Source: Candidatus Eiseniibacteriota bacterium (lineage in GTDB: Bacteria; Eisenbacteria; RBG-16-71-46; DASYSL01). From it: DNA of 33,977 nt. Each line of letters starts with the position of its first letter. Within the stretch, counting starts at the first letter, position 1. Below are positions 33,533 to 33,977 of the stretch, one piece after another. Location: the NCBI GenBank assembly GCA_031431875.1, contig JANPEF010000076.1, positions 1 to 33,977 of the forward strand, written 5' to 3'. The notes under the pieces are model-generated. The model was not told the origin of the DNA, made no database searches, and worked only from the letters and a program-made list of their open reading frames with translations. The position numbers were made by a program, and so were the translations under genes.

Positions 33533-33977
33533 ATGCGCGGCACCATCTCCATCACCGACTGGGAGTGGTTCCAGTTCCTGCGCGAGCAGCCCGGGCTCGA
33601 CGAGGTGAACTTCTGGCGGCCGACCGACCTCCGAAAGCCGCACCTGCCGCCCGGAACGCCGTTCATCTTCAAGCTGCGCGAGGAGTTCGGCGGGATGATC
33701 GTCGGCTTCGGCATCTTCGCCGGGCACGTCGTCCAGCCGATGTGGCTGGTGTGGGAGGAGTTCGGAACGAAGAACGGCGCGGCCACGTTCGCCGACTTCC
33801 TGCGCAACCTCGAGCGCATCCGCCGCGACAAGCTCAAGCCCACCGATCCGGCCGGCAGCTTCGAGCTCGGCTGCATCCTGCTCGCCGAGCCGTGCTTCAT
33901 GCCGCGCGAGGCGTGGATCCCGGCGCCCTCCGACTGGAAGCGAAACGTCGTCCAGGGCGCGAGCTATGACCTGAGCC
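33533..33977 (+). CDS. Putative restriction-type HNH endonuclease, N-terminal domain (runs off the window end)
   Basis: GGAG + ATG. Manual translation MRGTISITDWEWFQFLREQPGLDEVNFWRP...PFIFKL...IVGFGIF...WEEFGTKNGA...GCILL.EP...DWKRNVVQGASYDL matches the N-terminus of a family I recall as HNH nucleases. The HNH motif itself lies outside the window. Confidence 0.75.
   Translation, partial: MRGTISITDWEWFQFLREQPGLDEVNFWRPTDLRKPHLPPGTPFIFKLREEFGGMIVGFGIFAGHVVQPMWLVWEEFGTKNGAATFADFLRNLERIRRDKLKPTDPAGSFELGCILLAEPCFMPREAWIPAPSDWKRNVVQGASYDLS

Overview
Very GC-rich bacterial window with no housekeeping genes, rRNA/tRNA, integrase, transposase or CRISPR array that I can see. The left part (1-14.3 kb, plus 20.3-23.1 kb) encodes three Hanks-type Ser/Thr kinases (one fused to an alpha/beta-hydrolase) and secreted proteins: two paralogous 14-repeat FG-GAP proteins, a YHYH protein and a Cys-rich protein, all with T9SS-A/FlgD-like C-terminal domains, plus one protein with a 'TWGRVKSVYR' tail. 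This style suggests Candidatus Eisenbacteria or a related lineage (inference). The rest is a toxin-antitoxin/defence-type hotspot: BrnT/CopG-like TA in three decaying copies, a RelE(Gp49)/XRE TA, a zeta-like ATPase with partner, AbiEi/AbiEii, a PD-(D/E)xK protein, an HNH-type nuclease, an orphan VirD4-like ATPase, pRiA4b ORF-3, DUF6398 and large helical/TPR unknowns. The intergenic spaces are not empty. They hold about ten short gene relics (hsdM-end/rhuM-start, AlbA/RecG-C Fic-like tails, PIN start, BrnT, GNAT, FG-GAP and FlgD tails), four copies of the palindrome ACTTGCG-N4-CGCAAGT and long hairpins. Seven genes have leaderless-type -10 boxes. Together this looks like a zone of rapid, cassette-like gene turnover. 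All family assignments come from motif recognition by eye, not from database searches.
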